NCBI GenBank assembly: GCA_951406725.2 | Contig: OX597826.1 | Span: forward strand, 4,402,001-4,466,000 | DNA length: 64,000 bases | Direction: 5' to 3' | Source: Octopus vulgaris | Lineage: Eukaryota | Shown: piece after piece, positions 41,086 to 55,203 of the stretch | How the letters are laid out: every line of letters starts with the position of its first letter | Position numbering within the stretch: position 1 is the stretch's first letter | Notes under the pieces: model-generated | Databases searched by the model: none | What the model was told of the DNA's origin: nothing | Seen by the model: only the letters and a program-made list of their open reading frames with translations | Made by a program: the position numbers and the translations under genes

Positions 41086-42035
41086 TTCCATCTCTATTTC
41101 TGTTTCCTTATTGTCTGCCATTATGTTAATATGTATGCTTGTACATATATTCATGTAGTAATAATATATATTCGCACGAATTGACGTATTCGTGTGTGTA
41201 TGGATATATAAATATATATATATATAAAATATACAAATGTTTTTTTTCTTAATGCAATAACATATCCACCATTAAAACCTTGAAAGTTATCTGACACCGA
41301 TTCTGTGTATCATGAATTCAGTTCTTAAACCTTAAACAGCTAAGCGAGAGGAGTGAGTGTATATTTTCTATTTTATCAAGAGATGATTAACTTAGATTAG
41401 ATATAAAGAATTGACTCAATTACTATATATAAAACTGGGCTTGTACCCAACGAATTCTAATGTAATGTAAACTGATTGTTTCCTTCTTTCTCTAACGTTT
41501 CTTGTAACTAAGTAATTTGACGTGAAACTGAAAGCCAACTCCGGTTTTTCTCTAAAAAAAAAAATAATAAAATGGCGTCGTATCACTATTAATAAAACAT
41601 ATGTTTTTAATCCTGTACATAATTGTGGATAAATGAAGAAAATTAAATACTGCAGGATTTATCGGCTAAATTAGAATGTATGTAAAGAATTTTTATTTCA
41701 GTAACAACAAAACTGTTTTCGTGCTATACAGACAAAAACGGGATCTTTCTGACGTTACAGATAAATGGCTAACTTCGAAAATTTCGTATTGAAATACAAA
41801 TAAGTTTGAAATATAAATAGTAAGAATATAAGGCATAAATGTTTTAAAATTTAATCGTTTTAATTAGAAATATGCATTAAATAAAATACTCTAAGGTCTC
41901 TGAAAGAAACATATATGAAGATTTTTGTTTTGAAATAAAAATATCTTTAAGAAATTTAAACAGAAAAAATATAAGCTTGAAATGTTTGAAAGACACACCG
42001 TATAAATAAAATAAAAATGCATATATTACCCTAAA

Positions 42036-42075
<40 letters not shown>

Positions 42076-42108
42076 AAGATTTTTTTCATAGCATTTTTCC
42101 GATGCCCG

Positions 42109-42169
42109 GATAACTGAAGAGATGGCGGCGTAGATTTCCACCTCGGCATCCGAAACTCGGAATTTTATC
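42109..42169 (+). ncRNA. Type I hammerhead-ribozyme motif of a Penelope-like terminal repeat
   Basis: gataa-CTGAAGA-gatg...catc-c-GAAA-ctcggaat-t-ttatc, with stem I gataa/ttatc and stem II gatg/catc. Confidence 0.6.
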
Positions 42170-42271
42170 ATGGCTACCGAACAATTGTCACATATTACAT
42201 TAACAGATAAATTCCTCTATTTACATAATATTGAGGTCTCTTTCATTCTTTTGTTCTCTTCCCATTTCTAT

Positions 42272-42316
<45 letters not shown>

Positions 42317-42544
42317 TAATTATTTTCTAAAACTATACTGCTAAAATCTGTCAGGAATCGTCTATTTTTAAAATAGGTTTTAGAAATTGATAAATGTCTG
42401 TCATAGTTAAGCAACCTTACCTTGGAGAGAAAAAGTAGGATCGACTGGACTGTTACTTCGGGTATCACTATAAGTTTCCTCCGCAATCTTTTACCTAATA
42501 TGATTTTTATGAAGTACGCCTAATACCAGAATCGTTTGCAGTAT

Positions 42545-42730
42545 TCTAGGGAAAGAGATAGTTGGCACAGCTATTCCCAGTAGAAATTGGCTGTAGGTTG
42601 TTACCTGTCCAGTCGCTATGGAGAATACTTAAGGCCTTTGGAGTGAGAGGAAGATAAAAGATGAAGAGTAGGTAGAAAAAGTCTTTTTGCTGTTTAGGGA
42701 CCAAGAGAGAGAATCTAAGATGGATAAATA
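42545..42730 (+). mobile_element. 3' fragment of an RLE-type non-LTR retrotransposon (HERO/NeSL-like)
   Basis: Translates to AQLFPVEIGCRLLPVQSLWRILKAFGVRGR, matching the PVE(V/I)GCRG motif of restriction-like endonuclease domains. Confidence 0.7.
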
Positions 42731-42938
42731 TTTTGGCCAACATTGGCAATCGACCATTGGCATTGGGTTACGGTTCAGGACTGAATCAGTGATAGTGATA
42801 GACATCATATTCTCCAGTTCACCAAAGGTAAAGGAAAGTGAAGCATATTTTCGATGTAATCATTTTCGTAGCATTTTAATGAAAGGAGTCCGATCTCTGA
42901 TGAAGGGAACAAGGACGAAACAATAATGCCAGATGTGT

Positions 42939-42988
<50 letters not shown>

Positions 42989-43211
42989 TCTTGTTGTGAG
43001 GATTCATAAGAATCGAGGCACATCAACTCGTAGAATGCCAGAAATGGCTAGGTACTATAACAGACCTTACAGTGAAATAAACAAAATTAATTGAAGGCAT
43101 CAAGTATGTGTGTGTGTGTGTGTATCTTTGCCAAGCCGTATTCTATGTCTATCTGTCTACATCACACATAATAACTCCATCTGCCTATTTGTATGAATGC
43201 ACGTTCACCAA

Positions 43212-43253
<42 letters not shown>

Positions 43254-43399
43254 TCTACCATTCCCTATTTCCAACACAGTTATAGTCGAATGTTTATTTT
43301 TCCAGTTCTGTTCAGTAGCAACACATTGCTATGTTATTTATTTTAGCCATCTTCCCGTCCCTTCCCTGCAGACACACACACACACTCTCACACACACAT

Positions 43400-43439
<40 letters not shown>

Positions 43440-46400
43440 AGATCCATATATAGAAACTTGCTTTCTTCCTTCCTTCTTCTCTACACCGCTTGACGTCATA
43501 ATTACTAGTGTTTCGAAGCATCGGAGAAATTAACCAATTGTAAACAGCTGCATTATGACACGGGCATTATCAACCGGAAGTAAGTACTCTGAACAAACGA
43601 CCTCGCCACCAACTGAGCTATGACCTCGACTTCGATATCGCTGAACCAATAAATAAATAAATAAAATGAATACAAGATACTTCAGGAATGAAATACGACA
43701 CTAAATTAGGTTTGCAGTCAATTGGAAGCGATGGAATGGCACAAACGGTGCGGGGCTGGATTAAACATAATTTAGTAATTTTTTTTTTTTTTTTGAGCCA
43801 ACGAGTGCGCGTCTGATGGGTTAAAAATAGTAGCCAAATACCCTCTCGCATCACATTCTACCCTTTCATTAAAAAGAAGGGTACATTGTATAACGTAATC
43901 GAGAATGCACAAAAATAAGTGATCGCCAAAGTTAGAACAACTTAGACCATGTCTGCTGTGTGATGGCTGGCCTGGGTATAAGCCAGCAAGGAGAAAAGCG
44001 ACAGCAATTAGCAGTAATCTGGGCAAACGAAGGAGCTTCTGCATGGTCACACGACCTGCTAGAAAGAGCAGCCAAAAGGGTTTATTTTCATTGTATTATA
44101 TACAAATAGATAGAATGAAAAAAATATCAGATGGTCAGAACTAGAATGGCTTTCATCATCTCTGCTCCATTAAGTGTGAACCTAAGCTAAAAATAACGAG
44201 GTAACATGAATAACATAATGAGAGCTTCTACGCGGCGATTCAATCTTCTAGAAATAACAGCCACATTAACCTCGAATCACAACCTGTTTTCTTTTAACGG
44301 TCTTATTGTTCAGCTCAGTCAGATGTAATCGAGTACACATATGATCAAATCCTTTCAAAGAGTAACCTGCATATTGTTTTACCTATATATACGACTGGTA
44401 ATCGAGAAATACATTTTCGAATGCGTCATTTTCTAAGACAGTATGGTGTAATTCGAGGAAGATCTGGTTGCTATTTTTAGCAGGTATGACGTTGCAATTG
44501 AATGGTAAAGAGCCTAACAAATGTGCGCTTAGTTTTAATATATAGATTTTGATTCTTATAAAATCTCTAATCCTGTGGGAAAGTTTGACATCTATCCTTC
44601 TGGAGAAAATCAGAGCAAAATTTAGAAATATGCCAGTAATATGATAGGATCTTATTCCATCACCTACACTCCTCACTTCCTCGTGGCTAAGAAAGGAATC
44701 AATGAGATCAATAATGGCTACTCTGCTATAGGTTGTAGTCCATCATTTCCATTAGGTTCAGATTTGAAGATCATATTTCCCTGTATTCATCATTTTCATG
44801 TGATGAGAAAAGGCATAAACATCACCAATTCCTATACCATTGTTGATATCTTTTTGTTCATACATACATATATAACTATGTGTGTAATATTCACCACGAA
44901 TATACAAACGCAGAACGGCGTAAGCTATAATATCTTGACGCAGAGAATCCTCTCTTATACCTATCAGACACCGGTATTTCAGTGTGGTTGCGACACCTCA
45001 GTGATGACCACACTCGGATACTCTAGGCTAAGGCGGAAATGTTTGTTCTAATATAGAAATAAACAAAATCATTAACTAATTTTTGCGGGAGCTTGGCCAA
45101 GCTTCAGTTTAGTCAATAAAGGCGCTTGAAACAGAATTTGGTTAAAATAACGAAGAGTATTACAGTCATAAAATATGTACACTAGTATAATGGAGTTGGT
45201 TATAATATTTTGTCTCACAGAAGCTTTTCTTACATGGCTCTGGCTACCAAAAACACAGAGTTATCTCAAAATATTAGTGGGTCATCAGACAGCGGAATTT
45301 TGGCTTGATTTGGCCTATTCATACATATATTCATATGTGCGTTAGTGCGGTATATACGATTGTGTACATGAATTTATTAAGATATATATATATGTGCCTG
45401 AGCCGCTTAGAAAATTCGCACATCTGTAGTGTTAGTATGGTCATACTGCTCGGCACACAGGACTGGTGTATGCTTTTATGGTTTCGGCTTGTCCAATATT
45501 TTATGAGAAATATTTGTTAGACGAAAGTATGTATGTATGCATTAATAAAGCCTGCCACAAGCACAGTTATATATATTTTCCTTTTCATCCTTGATACTCT
45601 ATTTCTTTCTGTTACCTATTAAATTTCTGAAGAAACAGTTAAGCTCGAAACGTCAGAGACATATCTTCTTTCTTACATTTCAAAGAACATGAAGCAAATA
45701 TTTGCGCATAGATTTCTTTGCCGCCTGAGATGTTATACACATCGTTAATTTTGAACCCATATACAGAGACAGATACACGTACGCACCTGTGTTGCGTGTT
45801 TCTCTTCGAATATCAGTTAAAGATGTAAAACATTGATGAGAAAATAGATAAACCGTTGCTTTCGATCGAAAAAGACTTCTGAAGAAATTTCAACTCTTTA
45901 TCATTCTCGCCATCATAAATACTACGAACCGATGGCTTTTGGTTCGTTAGAAACCTCCGACATTATTGTTCACAAAATCCGATATAAAATATATTCGAAA
46001 TAAAATATAAATAAAATAAATATGTCTCCATCGATATAACGATGGATTTTTGAAACTTTTGATTCGATAATAGTTTGCTATTTCAAAGTTCAACTTTCGT
46101 TGACCTGTCTGCTGGCAATAATGTCAGAGGGATTGGAATTTCACTGAAAGCAGACGACACCATTACACACTCTATAATTTTATACCAACACAGGCAAACA
46201 GATGACACTTATCATGTGACTTGTTAAATAAAAACAAAACGAAAAAGTAAATAGATAAGAATAATCATAAAACAAAATATCAGAAAAGAAATAAGGCCAG
46301 AATAATGTTGCTGTTATTGCTGGTGATGCTATCGCCTCCGTCTTGTTTATTTTATTTTGCAGTTTATTTTAACTGTTTTCTAACTTCCATTTCCAAACGT

Positions 46401-46547
46401 ACTCACGCTCTCTCAATTCCCTATTATAAATTTTTATATTTCACACACACACACACACACACATACTATCTCTGTTTCTGTCCTCCCCTCTTACACCATC
46501 TCCTCCCTTTCTCTCTTTATAGTTCTTTATACCGCTTTCTTCCATTA

Positions 46548-46578
<31 letters not shown>

Positions 46579-46697
46579 CCTCTCTCCTTCACATTTCTCT
46601 ATTGTTATTCCATCGCTTATCTCTGCTTCTCTTATCGTTTCACATCTTTCCTTTATTTTTGTATTACATTCTTTATCTCCTCATTGTTAATATCTTC

Positions 46698-46749
<52 letters not shown>

Positions 46750-47605
46750 TTATTCCCACCTTTTTTGTTTTACCTTTACACTTTTTATATTCTTCTGTCT
46801 TTGATCTTCCCTTGTCTCTCTCTCCTTCTCTCTGTATCTATAGCTTTCTTTACATTTTTTCTTTCTTCCCATTATCCAGCATGTCTGTTCCGTCATTCCA
46901 TCTTCTATTTATCATTTAGCTCTACCTTTCAGTATATTTACTTCCCCACCCACCCCTCTCTCTCTCTCCTAACAGTTTTCCAAATTTTCTCATTTTATCA
47001 TCATACTCTCTCTCTATCTATTTATCTATCTATCTATCTCTCCTTCATTCACTCTCTTAGGTACACACATTCTCTTCTATTTCTCCTTCCATATATTTTA
47101 TCATTATCCTCATCATCATAGTCTCATAAACACTTTGCTTTTGGGCACACCACTAAACTAAAAAGCTAAACATTACATAGTGTTTCTAAAAACGATTAAA
47201 CATCACTGGTTTTTCATTGCTTTCTCCAAGCCTAGCGAAGAAGGTTGAAGTTGGCATTCGATGTTAATAATCTCCTATTATACTGAGAGGAATAAGATCT
47301 TGTTATAATAGAATTCCCAGAAACTAGTGAAGATGGTCCGTGTCGGCAAATATTTGTCCTATGATTGGTAGGTAGATAGATTTATATAGACAGTACAGCT
47401 TAAATCTGAATCGCTGAAGGATGCTAAAATTTACAGCTATTTTTATTGAACACTTTAACCGTGGAGATTACAGACGATGTGCAAACATTTTAAAGTTCTC
47501 CGAAGTATAGAGAACAGTAATTTTACACTCATATATATGTATACACACACATACTCACTCTCTCTTTCTTTTCTCTGTCTCTCTCTGTCTCTGTCTCTCT
47601 CTCTG

Positions 47606-47664
<59 letters not shown>

Positions 47665-47999
47665 AACACATTCTCGTATGCGTTTGAGATAAAAAAAAGT
47701 GCACCGTTTGTAACCCGGTCCTTCGTCAAAAGAGAAAAGAACATGAATATTCCACCCCTCCCTCCTTCTTTCCTTCTTCTCTCTCTCTCTTCTCTCTCTT
47801 CTCTCTCTCTCTTTCTCTCCCTCTCAGATTTGCACTGAAACTTCAGGGCAACCATTTCCTAACGGCATGTTAACGTCTTGAAAAAAAAAATTAATATTTT
47901 CATACCTATAGAATTTGGAAAACTATAAAAATTTGTAAATTTAATTTCATGGCAACAACAAATATAGATACAAAGCAGCGTCGATGATAAGCTACGAAC

Positions 48000-48044
48000 C
48001 GCTGACTTCTTGGCTGGATGTTCCAGGAGTCTCCATTCTGCTAT
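48000..48044 (-). CDS. Weak candidate 45-nt exon (phase 1-1)
   Basis: Minus strand: tatgtaccag|ATAGCAGAATGGAGACTCCTGGAACATCCAGCCAAGAAGTCAGCG|gttcgt, reading SRMETPGTSSQEVS. Both splice sites are sub-optimal. Confidence 0.3.
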
Positions 48045-48685
48045 CTGGTACATATACATATATATATATTATAACGGTATATAAGCACATATAAATTCAC
48101 TGTCTCTATGACTCACACACACAAACACACACACACTCTCCCCCCCTCTCTCTCTCATATTTATTACAAATTCTGTTTCACATATCTTGCTACCTTTTTC
48201 ACTTCCTTTTCTTCGTATTCATCCTCGTCCTTTTTGTTATGTCCCGACTGTAATAGCTATTTATTAAGGCTTTCTCTTTTGTTGTCGTTGTTTGTCTTTC
48301 GTTTGTAGTTACTGATGCAGCAGCAGTAGTAGTAGTAGGAGTAGGAGTAGTAGTAACTGTTATTGTTGTTTTTGTTTTGTGTAATTATTAAGTCATTTCC
48401 AGCTGTGTTACAATTAACGTATTTGTTATATGATTAACAAAATACTTTAATTTCGAAATAGTTTCATTTGATGGAATGAATGTGATGGTTACGTAAGATG
48501 TTGTTGTTGTTGGTGGTGGTGGTGGTGGTAGTGGTGGTGGTGGTAGGGGTATGTTTGAAGGTGGGGTGGTTTATGTGATGGTCATGGTGGTGGTGATGGT
48601 GGTGGAGTAGTACTATTTCAGATGCTGTTGCTCCTGATGATGGAGGTGTTGATGACGGTGGAAACGATATTGAGGATATTTAAAA

Positions 48686-48917
48686 GGCGGCGAGCTGGCG
48701 GAAACGTTAGCGCGCCGGACGAAATGCTTAGGGGTATTTCGTCTGCCGCTACGTTCTGAGTTCAAATTCCGCTAAGGCTGACTTTGCCTTTCATCCTTTT
48801 CGGGGTCGATTGAATAAGTACCAGTTACACACTGGTGTCGATGTAATCGACTTAATCCCTTTGTCTGTCCTTGTTTGTCCTCTCTATGTTTAGCCCTCTG
48901 TGGGCAATAAAGAAATA
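48686..48917 (+). mobile_element. SINE family A
   Basis: Full-length match to 1649-1880. Confidence 0.9.
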
Positions 48918-49125
48918 AAATGCATCCGAAACTATATTACCCTCTATGTCGTCTTTCTTAAAATAACAGTGACTAATTTTGAAGGAATTTTAGCTATTAT
49001 TTTTAACAGACTGAGTAGTAATCACGCCGTACCTTCCTCAATGACTCATTATGATCGTTTCCTTAGCAATTGTATTTGGAGTGATGTCAGTGCATAAATT
49101 GCGAGTTGCCGTACGTTTAACTCTA

Positions 49126-50418
49126 AAGGGTGTTCGGGCTAAATCTGACAGTCTGCATACGAGGAAAAGAAGATACAATGACTCATTCAAAAAAATATTT
49201 AAAAAAAATATCAGCAACATGATGACCGGGAGATAACAGTTTACTTGAAGTAGCCGCCTTCAGCTTCCACCGGGGCCCCACAACGTCTTTGGAACCTAGA
49301 GCATGCGTGCCTCTGTGTGTCTCTTGGAAGATCTTCGAACACCTTGATCTTCACAACCAGTTCGGCATTGGTGTTGCAGGCAGAGCTGTTGGTGTCTTCC
49401 TCAACATCGTCTCACACATCGTAATCCATGAAGTCTCAATCGGGGTGAATAAGCGGCTAGAAATTGGGGCTGGTGGAGGGACAGAAATTTTCCGACAACC
49501 ACTTCTAACTCTTTCTGAATGTATAGTAAGGAGGTGAATCCGGCTGTCACACATTTGGCCTTCCGGTAGCAATCCTTCCAAGCCGGTGACTGACTACTGT
49601 CTCCAACAGCTTCACATACTGGTCCGAACTGAGCCTAAGGCCCAGTTCATCAATCGCTGGATGAATTCCAGCGTGAGGACGCAGTCAGAGCGCCTGCTGT
49701 ATCTCTTCCTGTAGGCCATGGCTTCGTTGTCTCAGTTGCAGCTGTCCATATTTTGCAGCTTGTACGATGTTTGCAGAACATTAAGCAGGAGTTATGATGT
49801 TGACATTTTGATACCAGGAGCAAATATTTTCCAGTATTCAAACGGCTTCTAGTCCTCTGTGCCAGCTTTTTCACAATTACAGCTTTCGGATCTTTTCGGT
49901 TTGAACGGCAGTTTTCTGTAGCGATGTCATATGAAATTGTCACCCATAATTATGACCCTAGTATCGATCTATTGCATTTCAATCTGTTTTAGGGTTAGGG
50001 GTGGAGGAAGGGTATCTTTTTTTCTTCACAAATGTAAATAAATCCAATCTGTTTCTTAAACGAGGGACATATTCATACGGCACAGAATGTTTTTACCTCA
50101 ATGGACGTCATTGATTGGTTGAAATTGCAGAAATTGAAGAAAAAAGAACAACAGATATCTTATAAACTATAGAATTGTCTCAATAAAGCCAAGAGAAAAA
50201 GATGTTTTATAAACACATTCTACCAGTATACGAAGTTTAAAAGTGTTTAGTTACCTAAAAATTATGTTAAAAACTGCTGTTCAAACCGAAAAGATCCCCA
50301 CTTTCATCTTTATGCTCTTCAACGCCATTGACTTTTCACCAGTACATCAGGCTGTTCCTGAAATCTGAAAAAAAAAAGGAACATAAAAAAAATCATCAAA
50401 TTTAGCCCGAATCTCCTA
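49126..50418 (-). mobile_element. Decayed Tc1/mariner-superfamily transposon (probably DD37D/maT-like)
   Basis: TA-flanked TIRs aagggtgttcgggctaaatctgac and atcaaatttagcccgaatctccta. Minus-strand transposase remnants include QYVKLLETVV, KWLSENF, YSPD..MDY and a C-terminal VEAEGGYFK*, with frameshifts. Confidence 0.85.
49888..50297. mobile_element. MITE nested in the Tc1/mariner element
   Basis: TIRs ggatcttttcggtttgaacggcagtttt and aaaactgctgttcaaaccgaaaagatcc. Flanks cagctttc/ccactttc may be a decayed 8-bp TSD. Confidence 0.85.
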
Positions 50419-50989
50419 TATATCATCCTTGCCTGAAGTCTGATGCAACTTGTTAACAGTTACAGGTTTGCACGATCACAGCCTTCCTGATACGAAAACA
50501 AATAACGATAACAACAAACGCCTATTACAAGAAAAAAAAATCTAGAAAAAAAACTATGGTTACCCTTCTTTATCTAATTCTTGTTTAACAAAGGTTACCG
50601 TTGGCAATTGTAAAATGCTTATTTTATAGATACAACGAATAAACTATTAATCTAACTTAGATAACCTGTCGGCAATGTGTTTAGTTGAACCTTTCATCTT
50701 TATTTTATTACTATTAGTTTATTGTTTAGTAATAGTTACGTAATACATGCTCGAAACAAAACAATTCAACCCAAGTAGAAATAATGGTTTTCAATGTTTT
50801 TTTAAAAGCCTTACACGATTTTGCTGGCGGTTTTCAAGGCATGAAAATGGATTTATCCCTAATAGCAGTTACAGGGATTGAATTGAATACAAAAACGTAA
50901 AAAGAAAATAGAATTGAACGAAACATTGCAAGATGTGTTGTCTATTGCACTACAGTTCCTGTAATATTTTGAATAATAATAATAATAAT

Positions 50990-51608
50990 GATTTCAAATA
51001 TCTGCTCAAGGACAGCAAATTTATGGATGGGTGTAGGTCGATTACATCGGCCCCAGTGTTCAACAAGTACTTATTTTATCGATTCTGGTAGGATGAAAGG
51101 CAAAGTCAGCCTCAACGGAATTTCAGTTCAGGACGTAAAGGCGGGTGATGCCGCTAAGCATTTTGCCCGGCGCGCTAACGATTCTGCCAGCTCGACGCTT
51201 TAATAATAATAATAATAATAATGCTGACTGTTATTGGCACAAGGTCTGAAATTTTTGCGAGGGGGATAGTCGATTACATCGACCCCAGTATTCAACTGGT
51301 ACTTCATTTATCGACCTCGAAAGAATAAGTCAACCACGGCAGAATTTGATCTCAGAACGTAGCGATCGGCAAAATGCATGTTTTTTTACTACCCACAAGG
51401 GGCTAAACACAGAGGGGACAAACAAGGACCGACAAACGGATTAAGTCGATTATATCGACCCCAGTGCGTAACTGGTATTTAATTTATCGACCTCGAAAGG
51501 ATGAACGGCAAAGTCGACCTCGGCGGAATTCGAACTCAGAACGTAACGGCAGACGAAATACGGCTACGCATTTCGCCCGGCGTGCTAACGTTTCTGCCAG
51601 CTCGCCGC
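50990..51608 (-). mobile_element. Cluster of three SINE family A copies
   Basis: Reverse-oriented copies at ~50990-51200, ~51230-51375 and 51381-51608. Confidence 0.85.
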
Positions 51609-51825
51609 TTTAATACAGGAGAAACTCCAACTAGGGCCAATCAAGGAAACCCACAGATCTAGGTTTACCCTGACCAACAAAGTTACGAGACAGTAGCAAT
51701 GTAAGGGTGTTTGTTTACACGGAATAAAATTGAGATGGAATGGACAAAAGCAATAGACAATAAAATGTCGAGAAAAGGTCTTCGCTGGATTGGTGGGAAA
51801 AGCCAGTGTCATTTGAGGATATACT

Positions 51826-52037
51826 CTTTTACTTGTTTCAGTCATTTGACTGCGGCCATGCTGGAGCACCGCCTTTAATCGAGCAACTCGACCCCGGGAC
51901 TTATTCTTTTGTAAGCCCAGTACTTATTCTATCGGTCTCTTTTGCCGAACCACTAGGTAACGGGGACATAAACACACCAGCATCGTTTGTCAAGCAACGC
52001 TAGGGGAACAAACACAGACACATAAACACACACACGA

Positions 52038-52073
<36 letters not shown>

Positions 52074-52232
52074 GACAAACTTCTTTCAGTTTCCGTCTAC
52101 CAAATCCACTCACAAGGCTTTGGTCGGCCCGAGGCTATAGTAGAAGACACATGCCCAAGGTGCCACGCAGTGAGACTGAACCCGGAACCATGTGGTTGGT
52201 AAACAAGCTACTGACTACACAGCCGCTCCTGT
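51826..52232 (-). mobile_element. SINE family B, well preserved
   Basis: Reverse-complement match across head, linker and tail. Confidence 0.9.
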
Positions 52233-52585
52233 AATAATATAATAATAATAATAACCTATCTGCTTTCAGTGTATTAACACTTTCAGTTGTTAATGTTCTA
52301 CAGCATGAATATGAAAAGTACTTAGCTGATTGGGAATATTTCAGAAAGGATTAATGTAAAAGCGTGAGGCACAATAGGAAAGATATACAAAGGATATGGA
52401 CTTTCATTGTTATTAAGGATACACTAATTTTAAATGCAATTTTAATTCTAACGGATTAAACTATGTTTCTCATCCTTTAATTCTGTACCCATGCACTTAG
52501 GTATAGTATACAAAACACACACACACACACATATTCAAACTGTGAATTTGTCTATCTATATGTGTGCTTATATATATAGAGAGAG

Positions 52586-52634
<49 letters not shown>

Positions 52635-53058
52635 TTGTATGTATATATATATATTACTCTTTAAAACTTTCACTTGTATCAGTCATTTAACTGCGGCCAT
52701 GCTGCAACACCGCATTTTAGTCGAATAAATCTACCCCAGGACTTATTCATTTTAAGCCTAGTACTTATTTTATCGCCATCCTTTGCCGAACCGCTATGTT
52801 ACGGAGACCTAAACACACCAACATCGGTCGTCAAGCGATGGTGAGCAGACTAGCACAGACACGCAAGTACATAGACCCCCCCACACACACACACACATAC
52901 ATATGCATTTATAAAAAAGGCTTCTTCCAGTTTCCGTCTAACTAATCCACTCACAATACCTTGGTCGGCCTGAGTCTATAGCAGAAGTTACTTGTCCAAG
53001 GTGCCACGCATGTTGTTGGGAAGCAAGCTTCTTACCACACAGCACTTCTGCGCATATA

Positions 53059-53097
<39 letters not shown>

Positions 53098-53147
53098 TCG
53101 GATATACATTCACACACACACACGTATGATTATGTATGTATATACGA

Positions 53148-53202
<55 letters not shown>

Positions 53203-54551
53203 TGTGCGCATCAGTCTATCACGTTTACTGATGCCATTCGTTTAATTCCTCCGCTGAAATAGAAAATAGTGTTAATGCTGCTGTTGCTACTACTACTACT
53301 ACTGCTACTACTACTACTACTACCACCACCATCACCACCACGGCTGCTGCTGCTAAGTTTAATGACCGAAAGGAGGTATTTGCATGGAATAGTGTAATAG
53401 TACTTTTGGTTTGGAGGAGGTATGTCTTCAAGTGATGCAGTTTATGTTGTTTGCGTATATATTTCTGCCGGTGTATATGTGTATTTGTGCGTCTGTATGT
53501 AAAGTTTTGAGTAGATGTCTGTGTGTCTATATGGAGTTGTATATCAATGAGTCGGCATGTGAATGCGCACCTCTCTGTTTGCATGCGTGCCCAATACGTG
53601 TTTGAGGCTATCATGCAATGAAAGGTATTTATCCGTTTACACTTGCTTGAATAACTGTGTGCTGAGGGGACAGAAATAGTCATTGATATTTTGAAATGCT
53701 CAGAATCACGGTTCAATCCCCAGCAAACGGGAAAAAATAAATGAAAAATCCCTCAGGGAGTTTGGAGGACACACTGCTCCAATTTCTTCGGACAGTGAGC
53801 AACGATGACCAAATGTATAGAGCATGTATTATTTTAATTGCTATGACTGCTGGTCAGTCACTGTCCAAAGGAACGTTTTATATAAAATGGCGAAAGTGTT
53901 AGGAGAGGAGGACAAACACAGAGTGGAAAAGGGCTGAGACGGAAACGGAGAGACTGAAGTAGCGTGGTGGTGGTGTTGGTGGTGGTGGGAGGAGAGGAAG
54001 CTGTAAAATAGTAAAGATGGCTGAAGAATTAATGGGAATAAAAGGCAACAACGAAGTAATATGGGTGGCCTGCTTGTCGTTGTATGCGTTTGAGTGTTAC
54101 GCTTTTAACAAATTTATCTGTCGAACAAACTCGAAGACAATCGAAATCTATGAAATAATGAAATATTCGAAGACATGATGGAGCTACATCATGAAGATCT
54201 ATTAATGTTTTACTGGAAAATAAATAAATATCATTTGTATAGCATAGTATTTCCATAGTTGGCCTAGTTCGAATGAATAAAATAATGTATAAGGCACCTT
54301 GAAATAGTGTATAAGTCGAACCAACATTGGAGTCTCTTTGTGCTCCCTCGTACTACAAGAAAATCATATTCTGACACTTTGAAAAGGATGGAAGACATTA
54401 CACAATGTTGTCTAAGATTCCATGTTTTATTAAAATGTTGGATGGTCACGGCTGGAATGCATTTGATCATAGAGTTATAGGTCTATTTGTTCATCAGGAG
54501 CACCAGACCAGCTTGAGAAACAAACGACAGGCAAAATATATAGATTTAGAA

Positions 54552-55203
54552 CCGTGTTTCGCAACCTTTTTTTCATCTATGAACTCCCTTGATTTTTATT
54601 TTAGTCCGATGGACCCTCCTAGCCTTTCGAGGCTTAAAAAACCCCTACTTTTATAATTAAATATTCTTTTCTACTCTAGGCACAAGGCCCGAAATTTTGG
54701 GGGAGGGGGCTAGTCGATTATATCGACCCCAGTATGCAACTGGTACTTAATATATCGACCCCGAAAGGATGAAAGGCAGAGGCAACCTCGGCAGAATTTG
54801 ACCTCAGAACGTAAACACAGACGAAATACCTATTTCTTTACTACCCACAAGGGGCTAAACACAGAGGGGACTAACAAGGACCGACAAACGGATTAAGTCG
54901 ACTACATCGACTCTAGGACGTAACTGGTGCTTAATTTATCGACCCCGAAAAGATGAAAGGCAAAGTCGACATTGGCGGAATTTGAACTCAGAGCGTAACG
55001 GCAGATGAAATACCGTTACGCATTTCGCCCGGCGTGCTAACGTTTCTGCCAGCTCGTCGCCATTTTTATCATTAAATATTATTAGGAGGTGCATAAAATA
55101 TTGTTGAAATGTAACTAATTTATTGTAGCATAATTACTGATTTATTTTAGATATATTTTAACAACAAAATCTTATAAGGACCCCACAAGGTTCAGAATTA
55201 CTG
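54552..55203. mobile_element. hAT-type MITE containing a SINE dimer
   Basis: Decayed TIRs ccgtgtttcgcaacc and ggttcagaattactg; 8-bp TSD atttagaa/attttgaa. Confidence 0.7.
54663..55040 (-). mobile_element. SINE family A tandem dimer nested in a hAT MITE
   Basis: Same aaagaaata/ggtatttcgtc junction as the 9974 array, flanked by ttttat(a/c)attaaatatt. Confidence 0.88.

Noticed and set aside
50300-50380. Strong minus-strand acceptor tttttttttcag|atttcag
   Set aside because: It lies inside the Tc1/mariner relic and has no matching donor.
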